This document shows, piece after piece, positions 17,351-26,998 of a stretch of DNA of 64,000 bases; position 1 is the stretch's first letter, and each line of letters starts with the position of its first letter. Both the position numbers and the translations under genes were made by a program. The notes beneath the pieces were generated by a model. The model searched no databases. It had not been told where the DNA came from and worked only from the letters and a program-made list of their open reading frames with translations. This DNA comes from Syntrophorhabdaceae bacterium (GTDB lineage: Bacteria; Desulfobacterota; Syntrophorhabdia; Syntrophorhabdales; Syntrophorhabdaceae): contig OY762209.1 in the NCBI GenBank assembly GCA_963665295.1, positions 1,888,001 through 1,952,000 of the forward strand, given 5' to 3'.

Positions 17351-18205
17351 ATGAACGAGTACAAAGACAGCAATCTTATGGTCGATCTTACAAAGAAGGT
17401 ATATACGCCGGAGGAAGCAGGTTTTATCCTGGACAGGCTGGAGTATGCATGTCAGGAGGGCATCGTGGAGGCCCGGTCGGAGAGCACCCCTTCCCTGCTT
17501 TCATCATACAGGGGCGTCGAGGAAAAAGGGATCACCCCTAAATGGAACGTGAAGGTCTACGGGTACAATAAGAAGAAAGGCGGCCACAGTGTGGTCTGCA
17601 TCGATATGCACGTCCTCGGGAGACTGCTCGAAGCGGATTACGAGAGCTTTGTCCCGCCGGACCTCAAGGTCCTGAGGATCGACGACGCGGGCGGGGGTTT
17701 TCCTCTGTGCGGGGTGATGGTAGGGATATCCGACGAAGGGACCGTCCAGACGGCCGTGGTGCCCGTGGAATACTTCAGGAACGATACGGACAACGCCTTC
17801 GAGACAAAGCGGTACCTCGATATATACCAGGACCTGGCGGTAAGGGTTTTGCAACGGTTTGACGCGTCTCCCTCCACGCACCGCATAGAAATATGCAGCG
17901 GCCATATAAACCAGCCTCTCAGGGATAAGTTGAGGCGCCTCGGATACGACGTGCGGGTCACAGAGATCAAGGGCATGTTGCAGGACACTCTCGAAGAGCT
18001 GTACAGGGAATATGTCAACGGGGAGGTCGGTTCGGACGTCTATTACGACCCGAAGGGCGTGAAGGTATCCGAGATCCCGACCAGATACCGGGCTGCCCTC
18101 GAATACGGCCGCAAACATTGTCCGGACAAGATCAAGACCGGGTGGAACAGCCCCAACAAGTCGGGCAACCGGTCCAACCGGCGCGCCTTTCAGATACCGG
18201 GTTGA
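17351..18205 (+). CDS. hypothetical protein with RNase HII-like N-terminal catalytic motif
   Basis: 284 aa; RIDDAGGGFPLCGVMVG resembles the RNase HII GxDEAGRG..GP motif. Confidence 0.6.
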   Translation: MNEYKDSNLMVDLTKKVYTPEEAGFILDRLEYACQEGIVEARSESTPSLLSSYRGVEEKGITPKWNVKVYGYNKKKGGHSVVCIDMHVLGRLLEADYESFVPPDLKVLRIDDAGGGFPLCGVMVGISDEGTVQTAVVPVEYFRNDTDNAFETKRYLDIYQDLAVRVLQRFDASPSTHRIEICSGHINQPLRDKLRRLGYDVRVTEIKGMLQDTLEELYREYVNGEVGSDVYYDPKGVKVSEIPTRYRAALEYGRKHCPDKIKTGWNSPNKSGNRSNRRAFQIPG

Positions 18206-18501
18206 CCGTCTTCCGTGCTGCGGGGTCCACCGGGCCCCTGTATTCACGGGTTGTCCCCTTGAATTAGTACCAAATTATCACCAGTAAAATGTAAGGCTAT
18301 TCCTTATGATGATGTAACCTTGTAATATCACATGTTGTTTGTGCAAAACAGGGCGCTATTTACCTGAACGGCCGTTCGTTTACGGCATTGTTTCCCTTGC
18401 CGTTCTGTGCTACAAACTCATTATTGTTTCATCAAAGTTGTACTTGAAACACTCCGCGGGCTACCAGGGCGGTGAAAAGTCACCAAAACATCGAGGTTTT
18501 G

Positions 18502-18678
18502 ATGAATACCATCGTATGTCCTTACTGTGGCAAAGATGTGGCTCTTATCAGGTACGGCGGGGCGTGGATAGGCGTATGCTGTCACAGAATTATATACAAT
18601 GAGGAAGAACTGCCGGGGGACAAATCAATAAACAGGGATATGGCCGCGGTGGAATTGGAACACGACTCTCCCTCGTAA
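18502..18678 (+). CDS. small Zn-ribbon-like hypothetical protein
   Basis: GAGG RBS; MNTIVCPYCGKDV...GVCCH. Confidence 0.6.
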   Translation: MNTIVCPYCGKDVALIRYGGAWIGVCCHRIIYNEEELPGDKSINRDMAAVELEHDSPS

Positions 18679-18765
18679 GCCATGGGAGGACGATCGGAAA
18701 TCTCTTCGCGCCATTCTCCACTCTGTGGCGCAAATATTACTATTGATCGATAGGGACGGCGGTTC

Positions 18766-20046
18766 ATGGATATAAGGTCACTTATTCCGATTTTTGATTT
18801 TTTGCCCCATGCAATCTTTGCGGTGGACGGGCAAAAGAAGGTTGTTGCCTGGAACAGGGCCATGGAAGCGATGACGGGGGTGAAGAGGGAAGACATCCTC
18901 GGTTCCGACGACTATGCCTATGCCGTGCCCTTCTACGGAAGAAAAAGGCCCGTCCTTATCGACCTCGTGGCGGGTGAAAACCGGGAAGAGGAAAACCTTT
19001 ACAATCAGGTAGAGAGGCAGGGTAACATCCTGTATGGAGAGGCATACGCTCCCGTGATGAACGGGGGCGCGGGCGCCTGCCTCCGGGGCGTCGCCGTGCC
19101 GCTGCGGGACAATATGGGCGTCTATCTCGGAGCGATCGAATCCATCCACATAACGGACTGCCGGACCGTCGGGAAGGGGCCCGGTGAATGGAAGGAAGGA
19201 TTCGACGTCTTCTTCGAGGAAGCGGCCGACCCTGCATTCCTCTTTGACGGTCATGTTTTTACGGACTGCAACCAGGCCGCGGTGCGGATCACGGGTGCAA
19301 CGCGCAAGGAGCAGTTGGTCGGGATGAACCCCATCGCCATGTCCCCGGACCGGCAGTGCGGCGGCCGTTTATCGCACGAAATGTGGCAGGAACACGTGAA
19401 TACGGCCATGGGGCAGGGAAGCAGCCGGTTTGAATGGATGTACCGTTCCTTCCAGGGCCCCACGCTCTGGACCGAAGTCTCGCTTACGGCATTGCCGGAT
19501 CAGGGAGAGAAGACCCTCTACATGGTCTGGAGGAATATGGGGCACCCCAACTGGGCGGGGGAAAGATCGGGGGCCGGGTTCGAGGAGAGACTAAGGGAAA
19601 AAGAGGAGGAGCTGCACCTTAAATCCCGAAATCTCGACGAAATCAACGCGGCGCTGAGGGTGCTTCTCGATGAGAGGGAAATCCATAAGGTCCGGATTGA
19701 AGAAAAGATACTGTCCAATGTAAAAGACCTGGTCTCGCCCTATATCGAAAAACTGAAGAAATGCTTGCCCGATCCCAATCAACTGATGTATCTGGACATA
19801 ATCGAGGCAAACCTCAACGAAATAGTTTCACCTTTTCTCCAGAAAATGCGCCTGCAATACGCCCACCTCACGCCCACGGAAACGGGCATAGCCCATCTCA
19901 TCAAAGACGGCAAGAGCACGAAAGAGATAGCCGAGATACTCCACATGTCCTCAGGAGCCATCAATTTTCACAGGAACAATATAAGAAAGAAGCTCGGACT
20001 GGTCAAAAAGAAGATCAATCTCAGGTCCCATCTTTTGTCCCTGTAA
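18766..20046 (+). CDS. PAS-PAS-LuxR HTH transcriptional regulator
   Basis: PAS motifs WNRAMEAMTG and DCNQAAVRITG; C-terminal LTPTETGIAHLIKDGKSTKEIAEIL...FHRNNIRKKLG. Confidence 0.9.
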   Translation: MDIRSLIPIFDFLPHAIFAVDGQKKVVAWNRAMEAMTGVKREDILGSDDYAYAVPFYGRKRPVLIDLVAGENREEENLYNQVERQGNILYGEAYAPVMNGGAGACLRGVAVPLRDNMGVYLGAIESIHITDCRTVGKGPGEWKEGFDVFFEEAADPAFLFDGHVFTDCNQAAVRITGATRKEQLVGMNPIAMSPDRQCGGRLSHEMWQEHVNTAMGQGSSRFEWMYRSFQGPTLWTEVSLTALPDQGEKTLYMVWRNMGHPNWAGERSGAGFEERLREKEEELHLKSRNLDEINAALRVLLDEREIHKVRIEEKILSNVKDLVSPYIEKLKKCLPDPNQLMYLDIIEANLNEIVSPFLQKMRLQYAHLTPTETGIAHLIKDGKSTKEIAEILHMSSGAINFHRNNIRKKLGLVKKKINLRSHLLSL

Positions 20047-20054
20047 CGGACCTC

Positions 20055-20095
20055 CAGGGATTCAATTTCACTTATACACCATAACTAAAAACTAT
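20055..20095 (-). promoter_or_regulatory. LysR-type operator motif copy, -35 missing
   Basis: ATAGTTTTTAGTTATGGTGTATAAGTGAAATTGAAT then diverges from consensus; 184 bp from the LysR start. Confidence 0.55.
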
Positions 20096-20270
20096 ACCCC
20101 CTCCCGTGTAAAGGTTTGATAAATCTCACGTTTCGCCGAATATCACGAAAAGTAAGACAAAGACACTGTTTTTTTTCGTGCCTCGCGTACCTTTTTTGAA
20201 ACAAACTCGGAAAAAAGCGGAGAATAAGGCCTTGACATGAAATCGTTATCGTTTATGCTATTCTACAGAC

Positions 20271-21179
20271 AAAACATTATGTTCTCCTACTCACTAAACT
20301 CCTTGATCGTGTTCTACGAAGTCGTAAAACTGAACAGCTTTTCCAAGGCTGCGGACCTGCTTTTCATGACCCAGCCGGGCGTGTCGAACCATGTGGCCCA
20401 ACTGGAGGCCCAGACGGGGAGCAGGCTCCTTACACGGGAAAAGGGCGCGTGCAGACTCACCAAGGAGGGAAAGGCGGTCTTCAGGTATGCGGAGAAGATA
20501 GAGACCATGGCAAGGGGCCTCGAGAATACCATAAGGGGCATAAAGCAGGAATCCGTCCCCTCTTTGAGGCTCGCCACGAGCCCCATATATTCGAAGGTCA
20601 TGCTCCCCTTTATCCTCGGCACCTTTCAGAAGGACAACCCCGATATCTCCATCGCCCTCGACATGGGGACCTCCCACGACCTTGTGGATTCAGTCCTTGC
20701 CATGAAGAACGATGTGGTAATCGCTGCTGCGGAGAAGACCTCGAAGAACCTCTCCGTATTCCCTCTCGTGAAAGAGGAACTGGTGGCCATAGTGCCCACC
20801 AACCATCCCTTCTCCATAAGGACGTCCATATCCTTACGGGAGATGGAGGGACGTCCTCTGATCGTACGGGAGAAAGGGTCCGCCACGAGGCATGCGGTAC
20901 TTGCCGCCTTCGAGTCGATGAAGATAAAACCTTCCGTCCTCATCGACATGAAGAGCACGGAGTTCATAAAGGAGTGGGTATCTCAGGGCAAGGGCAAGTC
21001 GATCCTCATCAAGAGGGCCGTATCGGCCGACGACCTCAAGCACCTCAAGGTCATACCCCTGGATGAGGACCTTTCCCTTAACGTGTCCATGCTCTTTTTG
21101 AAGGCGAGGAGATACGACCTCGCCATCCGGAAGTTCGTCCACCACGTGGAGGAGCTTAAATCGAAGTATGTGTTGTAAA
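20271..21179 (+). repeat. ~909-bp near-identical inverted duplicate of 36712-37620
   Basis: Identity runs from AAAACATTATG to TGTTGTAAA; about seven synonymous differences found by eye. Confidence 0.92.
20279..21178 (+). CDS. LysR-family transcriptional regulator (copy A)
   Basis: NSFSKAADLLFMTQPGVSNHVAQLE HTH; 299 aa; protein identical to 36713-37612. Confidence 0.95.
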   Translation: MFSYSLNSLIVFYEVVKLNSFSKAADLLFMTQPGVSNHVAQLEAQTGSRLLTREKGACRLTKEGKAVFRYAEKIETMARGLENTIRGIKQESVPSLRLATSPIYSKVMLPFILGTFQKDNPDISIALDMGTSHDLVDSVLAMKNDVVIAAAEKTSKNLSVFPLVKEELVAIVPTNHPFSIRTSISLREMEGRPLIVREKGSATRHAVLAAFESMKIKPSVLIDMKSTEFIKEWVSQGKGKSILIKRAVSADDLKHLKVIPLDEDLSLNVSMLFLKARRYDLAIRKFVHHVEELKSKYVL

Positions 21180-21218
21180 AATAAGAGTTCACTACTATTT
21201 TAGAGCGAGGAGGCGGAT

Positions 21219-21527
21219 ATGGGTATCCATAGTGATGTGTATGAGTTTGCCGCGAGGGCAGGGGCGTTTGAGGGATTTGTGTACCGGAGGGACGGAATCG
21301 ACGCCCCATCGCTCAGTAAATGGGTGGAGCACCTGGAAAAGGGCTACCGGTCGTTGCCTCCGGAGGTCAGGAAAGAGTTGCAGAACTTGAGCGACGGCAC
21401 TATAGGCCGGGCGATCCGGTCCCTTGTCCCCGCCATCAGCGAAGAGGACGAGATCATCAAGAAGCTGAGAGGGATGATCGGAGGGAAGATGCCTGACTCG
21501 GCCGATGACTTTTCCCGGGTGAGATAG
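21219..21527 (+). CDS. hypothetical protein
   Basis: GAGGAGG RBS; 102 aa; MGIHSDVYEFAARAGAFEGFVY. Confidence 0.75.
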   Translation: MGIHSDVYEFAARAGAFEGFVYRRDGIDAPSLSKWVEHLEKGYRSLPPEVRKELQNLSDGTIGRAIRSLVPAISEEDEIIKKLRGMIGGKMPDSADDFSRVR

Positions 21528-21556
21528 AGTATGGTACGTGGTCCGGGCAATCCTTG

Positions 21557-22147
21557 ATGGCCCTCGCCCTTTTTGATTTTGACGGTACCATAAGTTTCAG
21601 GGACAGCTTCGCGGGTTTCATCAAGTACCTCGTGGGACCGGTCAGGTTCTACCTCGGGGTCACATGTTTGATTCCGGTGGTGGCAGGCTTCTTTCTGGGT
21701 CTGGTCCCTGCGTGGCGCGCAAAGGAGATGATGTCCATATTCTTCTTCCACGGCCGGGATTTGCGCCAATTTCAGGAACTGGCCACAAGGTACTCCCTGG
21801 AAGAGCTTCCGAAGATCGTGAGGCCTGCGATGATGGAGCGGATCGACCGGCACAGGGAACAGGGGGATACGGTGGTGGTGGTCACGGCCTCCCTTGAATG
21901 CTGGCTCAAGGCCTGGTGCGAAGCCCGGGGGGTCCACCTCATAGGGACGCAGCTCAAGGTGGAGGGGGGACGGGTTTCAGGACGGTTTCTCACGAAGAAC
22001 TGCAGCGGCCGGGAGAAGATAAGGCGCATCGAAGAACGTTTCAACCTTTCCGATTTTGACTACATTTACGCCTACGGGGACAGCACGGGCGACCGCGCCA
22101 TGCTCTCCATAGCGAACGAAGCCTACTACCGGGGAAAACGCGTCTAA
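21557..22147 (+). CDS. HAD-IB family hydrolase
   Basis: LFDFDGT, VVVTAS, K, AYGDSTGD motifs. Confidence 0.9.
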   Translation: MALALFDFDGTISFRDSFAGFIKYLVGPVRFYLGVTCLIPVVAGFFLGLVPAWRAKEMMSIFFFHGRDLRQFQELATRYSLEELPKIVRPAMMERIDRHREQGDTVVVVTASLECWLKAWCEARGVHLIGTQLKVEGGRVSGRFLTKNCSGREKIRRIEERFNLSDFDYIYAYGDSTGDRAMLSIANEAYYRGKRV

Positions 22148-22194
22148 TATCGCACTCCCTTGAAGAAGAGAAGGGCTCTCCTTTACATGCTCCC

Positions 22195-22971
22195 TTACTG
22201 CGGGGCGGACAGCAACACTATGCCGTCCCCGATGCAGTTGCACGGTTCGGCAAGGTCTACTGAAAATCCTGCATCTTCCGCTGTTTTTGCGAGCCAGGCC
22301 ATGCTTACGGGATACTCGTTGTCCCTCTTCATGATCAGGTCTCCGGCTCTGGACTCGTTTTCCGCACAGAAGATACCGGCCTCTCTCGATCTTTCTATTT
22401 CCTCTTTTCCGAGACCTCCAAGGGCAGCCCAGAAGGTGCTGGAATACCCTTCCAGTTCCCTCAGGGACCAGCGGTTCCGGGTAAGGGCCAGGAGTTCCAC
22501 CCTTCCGAAGGATTCGGGGAGAAATATATCCGCCACGCACACCTTGCCCTTTGAGGGTAATTTCCCTCTCAATACCCTCAGGAAATCCGCCTTGGTCTCA
22601 AGGGGGTCGGTTACGTGGTGGAAGGAGTAAAGGAAGATCGTCATATCCGGCAACTGCTCCAGATTTCCCACGTAACCCACCATGTCATCCTTGAGGAACG
22701 CCGCGTTGGCAGGGGCCGTGGACCGGGCGAGGGCGATCATCTCATCTCTCATGTCTATGCCGGTGACCCGGCATCCGGGGTTTTCCCGGGCGAGGCGGTT
22801 TGCGGTCGCCCCCGTTCCCGCGCCGAGGTCAACCAGTGTTTCCGGCCGGCAGAGCTTCACAATCTTGCTTACCCCGTTCTGCAATGCCATGTAATAGGAA
22901 GACTGTCCCAGAAACTTTCTGAACATCTCCTCCGTCCTGTAAAAACTGGGGGTCCTGTCGTAATCTGTCAC
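22195..22971 (-). CDS. class I SAM-dependent methyltransferase
   Basis: GGAGG RBS then GTG; VDLGAGTG, TGID, YSFHH. Confidence 0.85.
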   Translation of the reverse strand: MTDYDRTPSFYRTEEMFRKFLGQSSYYMALQNGVSKIVKLCRPETLVDLGAGTGATANRLARENPGCRVTGIDMRDEMIALARSTAPANAAFLKDDMVGYVGNLEQLPDMTIFLYSFHHVTDPLETKADFLRVLRGKLPSKGKVCVADIFLPESFGRVELLALTRNRWSLRELEGYSSTFWAALGGLGKEEIERSREAGIFCAENESRAGDLIMKRDNEYPVSMAWLAKTAEDAGFSVDLAEPCNCIGDGIVLLSAPQ

Positions 22972-23054
22972 CTGTAACCTCCTCGGGCGTTTTGTCTGCG
23001 GCGTTCCGGGTTGCTCACCGCCCTTTACACAATAGGATACGGGAACAGCCTTTG

Positions 23055-23095
23055 TGTCAATTCAGTTCTTTTTATGGGCCATAAGGAAAAACCAT
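23055..23095 (-). promoter_or_regulatory. LysR-type operator plus -35 for the methyltransferase gene
   Basis: ATGGTTTTTCCTTATGGCCCATAAAAAGAACTGAATTGACA. Confidence 0.75.
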
Positions 23096-23216
23096 GGAGG
23101 CCTGAATGCCCGCCGCTACTGAAAACGGGCGGGTGACGGGCTTATTTCCTATTGACAGAAACGCATTTCCTGTGCAGTTATCTTTAAGGGACAAATCTTT
23201 GAGGCAGGTGAGCCGA

Positions 23217-23837
23217 ATGGGCCGGAAGAAAGGGGGCCTTGTTTTCAACAGATCTTTGGAGAGGGCATTGCAGATACTGAACGCCTTCGATGGCCGGAGA
23301 CGGGAGCTGAGCATGACCCAGATCTCGAAGGCCCTGAGCCTGCCCACGGCCACGGTCCTCAGACTTTGCTCGACCCTGGTAAGATATGATTTTCTGAAAC
23401 ACGACATGGATTCGAAAAGGTATTCCCTGGGTCCCAGGTTGTCCGAACTGGGAGTCCTTGTGCCGGGCCCCTCTTTTCGGAAAAGAAGGGCTTCGGTAAG
23501 CATGTCCATGGAATCGGGAGGAGATGCTCTCGAGAAGGCCGCCCTGAAGGAGGACCGGATCGGACCGAGGGGGCGCGCCGACAGGCCGGACTTGGGGAGG
23601 AATGCGGTTTCTCGTCCGACAGTCCGTCGCATGGCGGTGGTGGTAATGTGTGATGCCCCTGAGGGCAAGGACGTCCGCGAGTATATCATCCTTGAGCCGG
23701 AGACCATGTTTGAGGAGATTGCCGCGTTTATCGAGAAGCGGAGCTTCAGTGGGCGGCAACTCGCGGGGAGGATCGGGTTCGGCGAGGACACGGCCCCTGC
23801 AAGACCCGGCAAACCGGACAAGAAGGCCTTCAGATGA
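23217..23837 (+). CDS. IclR-type HTH protein lacking the normal effector domain (chimeric or degenerate)
   Basis: NRSLERALQILNAF...SLPTATVLRLCSTL...RYSLGPRLSELG followed by unrelated sequence. Confidence 0.6.
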   Translation: MGRKKGGLVFNRSLERALQILNAFDGRRRELSMTQISKALSLPTATVLRLCSTLVRYDFLKHDMDSKRYSLGPRLSELGVLVPGPSFRKRRASVSMSMESGGDALEKAALKEDRIGPRGRADRPDLGRNAVSRPTVRRMAVVVMCDAPEGKDVREYIILEPETMFEEIAAFIEKRSFSGRQLAGRIGFGEDTAPARPGKPDKKAFR

Positions 23838-23941
23838 GGATGCAGGCAACCTGCCGGGGATACTGAGGAAGAGGGGTTTTTCTTCCCGATGGCCCTTGAA
23901 GGCCCCGAAGCAGGCGAGACCAATGACGATAAGGGTGTAAG

Positions 23942-24457
23942 ATGAGCGATCTTCTGATACTTGTGGACAAGGACGACAACATTGCGGGATACGAAGAAAA
24001 GGAGCGGTGTCACCTCATTCCCACGAAACTCCACCGCGCCTTCTCCATCTTCATTCTTAGCCCGGAAGGGAAGATGCTCATCCACCGGAGAAGCCTCCTG
24101 AAGAAGACGTGGCCCGGTTTCTGGACAAACGCGTGCTGCTCCCATCCGAGAAAAGGTGAGTCCCTGGATATGGCCGTCGCGAGGCGGCTTCAAGAGGAGT
24201 TGGGTTTTGTGACGACCGTGACCCCCCTCTTCGCATTTCGCTACGAGGCAGACTACGACGGCACATACGGGGAGAACGAAATCGATCACGTGTTTCTGGG
24301 CACCTACGCCGGTGAGATCAAGGCGAACGCCGACGAGATCGACGAGTGGAAGTTCGTGGACATAGAGGCCTTGAAGGCGGAGATTTCGGCGGATAGTGAA
24401 AGATTCACCCCATGGTTCAAGAAGGCATTGCCGGGCGTACTGGCGTATCTTCTCTGA
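23942..24457 (+). CDS. idi: isopentenyl-diphosphate delta-isomerase, type 1
   Basis: LHRAFSIF, WPGFWTNACCSHP, RRLQEELG, ENEIDHVF, FTPWF. Confidence 0.93.
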   Translation: MSDLLILVDKDDNIAGYEEKERCHLIPTKLHRAFSIFILSPEGKMLIHRRSLLKKTWPGFWTNACCSHPRKGESLDMAVARRLQEELGFVTTVTPLFAFRYEADYDGTYGENEIDHVFLGTYAGEIKANADEIDEWKFVDIEALKAEISADSERFTPWFKKALPGVLAYLL

Positions 24458-24504
24458 TCCCGTTACGGTCGCGGACGTGACGCCCCCGCTTAACGGGAAA
24501 GCCG

Positions 24505-25137
24505 TCAGGGCGAGGCGGGTTCCTTCCCGGGGACTTCTTTCCTCTGCCAGAAAAGGGTCGTCCTGATCCTTTCCAGGATGGGTTGCACCATGGCGGGGTT
24601 TTTGATCGTTTCCGTCTCCCTCCATCCTCTCCAATCGCCCAGGAGTTCGTGGTATAGGTCTGCGCAGGCCCGGTGGTACAGGACTTCGGTGCCGGGGCTG
24701 GTCCGGGACGCACACCTCGTGAGCGCGTCGTAGAGCCGGTCGCGCTCCGTCTCGCTCTCCGCGTTAAAGACGATTACCTTTGTGCCCTTCGTGGGGTCGG
24801 CCGATCCGAACCTGCCTTTGATATCCATATCGCCGAGATAATCGTTCTCAAAATCACTGAGGAACCGGGTGCACTCCTCCATATCGGCGAGAGGCACGAC
24901 CACCTTCCAGCATTGGTGCGCCCGCCCGAGGCTGATCTCGGACCTCCCTTCCTTGAGCTGTTCATAGAGGCTGGTGATGCAGGGAACACACCTTCCGTAG
25001 ATATCGCTTTTGGTCCTCTTGAGGCCGGGGTTGGTTTCGAAGCTTACCCATTTCGCATCGTTCCTTGCGAAGTACCGCCTGTCTATGTAAAGCCTGCCCA
25101 TAGGTCCGTCCTTTGGAGGCCCGTCGCCCGCCGTCAT
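24505..25137 (-). CDS. hypothetical protein
   Basis: Protein-like 210-aa ORF (WVSFETNP, GRCVPC, HRACADLY); start may be 25101. Confidence 0.7.
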   Translation of the reverse strand: MTAGDGPPKDGPMGRLYIDRRYFARNDAKWVSFETNPGLKRTKSDIYGRCVPCITSLYEQLKEGRSEISLGRAHQCWKVVVPLADMEECTRFLSDFENDYLGDMDIKGRFGSADPTKGTKVIVFNAESETERDRLYDALTRCASRTSPGTEVLYHRACADLYHELLGDWRGWRETETIKNPAMVQPILERIRTTLFWQRKEVPGKEPASP

Positions 25138-25248
25138 CTTTTTTCCGAACCGGACCGGCGGCGCCGCGCGAGTCGCCCGTATTGTATATATATGCAGATA
25201 TTATGATTCCCGAACGGGGACTGTCAATAATATTGGTGAAATAGGGTC

Positions 25249-25289
25249 ATAGGTTTTTCTTATGCACCATAAGAAGAACTGAATTGACA
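25249..25289 (+). promoter_or_regulatory. LysR-type operator plus -35 for the CoA-ligase operon
   Basis: ATAGGTTTTTCTTATGCACCATAAGAAGAACTGAATTGACA; 37/41 identical to 37795-37835. Confidence 0.8.
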
Positions 25290-25465
25290 TATGGCGCACG
25301 GCAACGGTTTATTGTTATGAAAGAACACTGAATGAACACGTGTTTCGGTGTGTGTACACCAATGGGGGCAAGGTGCCCCGGGACTTACGGACCGTGTTTC
25401 CATCGAGCTGTTCTGTCACAGGCGGATGCACCATAGCCAATTCCAAGCAGCAGGGGAGGTAAACC

Positions 25466-26773
25466 ATGGAGTACTGGAACGCGTACACGGAGACATTACC
25501 CCGGGAGACGCTGAACAAGGTGGAGTTGAAGTATTTTAAGGACCTCGTTTCCTACGGCAAGGCCCATTCCAATCTTTACAAAGAAAAACTGAAGGGGATA
25601 GAGGCAGGGGATATCAAGACCTTCGAAGACATCAAGAAGGTCCCTTTCACCTACAAGGAGGAACTCCGGAAGTGGCAGGAGGATGTGACCCCCTTCCCCT
25701 ACGGAGGACTCCTGGGCGTTCCCATCGAGGAGGTATGCACCTTCAGGCAGACAAGCGGCACCACGGGCAAACCCGTCTATGTGCCCGAGTCCTACGAGAG
25801 CTGGCAGTGGAGGATCGAATCATGGTGCCACATACTCTATATGGCAGGCTTCAGGCCCCGCCACAGGCTCTTCCTTCCCTTCGGGTATAACGTGTACGTG
25901 GCATTCTGGGAAGCCCACTACGCAGCCGAGAAACTCGGGTGTGAGGTAATCCCCGGCGGCGCCTTGGATACCAAGGGCAGGGTCAACAAGATCCTCGAAC
26001 TCAAGGCCACCGCTATGGCGGGCACCCCCACCTATACCCTCAATATCGCCCAGGAAGCCATGTCCATGGGCATCGACCCCAAGACCTTCGGGATCGAGAG
26101 GATATTGGGCGCAGGCGAGCCCCTTCCCGAGGCGACCCGTAAAAAGATAGAAGACACCTATGGATGCAAAATGTTCGACCATATAGGCTCCACCGAGACC
26201 TGCGGCTTCGCGGGCATGTGCGAGGCCCAGCAGGGACTCCACATCATCGAACCCCTCTTCCTCGTAGAGTTCCTCGACAGAGAGACCCTCTCCAAGGAAG
26301 TAGCCGAAGGCGAGCAGGGCGTCCTTGTAGTAACCCCCCTGGGAAGGCACTCCTTCCCTGTCATACGGTTCAACACCAACGACGTGGCGGTAAAGGGCCC
26401 CTCCACCTGCGAATGCGGAAGGACCTCCCAGAAGATGATGGAGATCGTGGGAAGGGTAGACGACATCACGAAGATACGGGGCGTCCTCTTCTCCCCCAAG
26501 ACGGTGGAGCAGCTCGTGAGATCGGAATTCCCCGAGATCAAGGAATATGAGCTTGTCGTAACCCGTGAAGGGATCATGGACAAGATCCTGGCACGGATCG
26601 AGGTAGATCCCTCTCTCTCCCCCCAGGAAGCCGAGGCGGTCGCGAAGAGGCTCTCCGAAAGGCACAAGATAAAGACGAACCTCTCCTGCACCACGAAGGT
26701 GGAACCCGCAGGCGCCCTCCCGAGGTATGAGCTCAAGGCGAAGAGATTCAAGGACATGAGGGGAGCGCACTAA
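25466..26773 (+). CDS. phenylacetate-CoA ligase (PaaK)-family aryl/acyl-CoA ligase
   Basis: QTSGTTGKP, GAGEP, DHIGSTE, IRFNTND, GRVDD, KAKRFKD. Confidence 0.88.
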   Translation: MEYWNAYTETLPRETLNKVELKYFKDLVSYGKAHSNLYKEKLKGIEAGDIKTFEDIKKVPFTYKEELRKWQEDVTPFPYGGLLGVPIEEVCTFRQTSGTTGKPVYVPESYESWQWRIESWCHILYMAGFRPRHRLFLPFGYNVYVAFWEAHYAAEKLGCEVIPGGALDTKGRVNKILELKATAMAGTPTYTLNIAQEAMSMGIDPKTFGIERILGAGEPLPEATRKKIEDTYGCKMFDHIGSTETCGFAGMCEAQQGLHIIEPLFLVEFLDRETLSKEVAEGEQGVLVVTPLGRHSFPVIRFNTNDVAVKGPSTCECGRTSQKMMEIVGRVDDITKIRGVLFSPKTVEQLVRSEFPEIKEYELVVTREGIMDKILARIEVDPSLSPQEAEAVAKRLSERHKIKTNLSCTTKVEPAGALPRYELKAKRFKDMRGAH

Positions 26774-26796
26774 ATAACTAACGGAGGTGGCCGTAA

Positions 26797-26949
26797 ATGG
26801 ACGAGATAAGAAAAGAAATAGATAACCTTCAGAAAAGCGCGGAGAGGCTCAAGGCCCTCGCGGACGGCAATAACGCCATAAAGAAGAACGCGGAGATCAT
26901 CCTTACGTTTCTTTATATACTGCAGTTCATCACACCTGCGGAAGATTAA
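26797..26949 (+). CDS. 50-aa small protein
   Basis: Below the ORF-track cutoff. GGAGGT RBS; MDEIRKEIDNLQKSAERLKALADGNNAIKKNAEIILTFLYILQFITPAED*; fills the operon gap. Confidence 0.75.
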   Translation: MDEIRKEIDNLQKSAERLKALADGNNAIKKNAEIILTFLYILQFITPAED

Positions 26950-26998
26950 TACCCGTGACGTGTGAAGAAAAGATAACTACATTAAAGGGAGGTTCATT

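Noticed and set aside
23072..24715. 547-aa minus-strand ORF
   Set aside because: Antisense shadow of the IclR-like gene and idi; no motifs, Arg/Pro/Ser-rich composition typical of GC-rich shadow frames.
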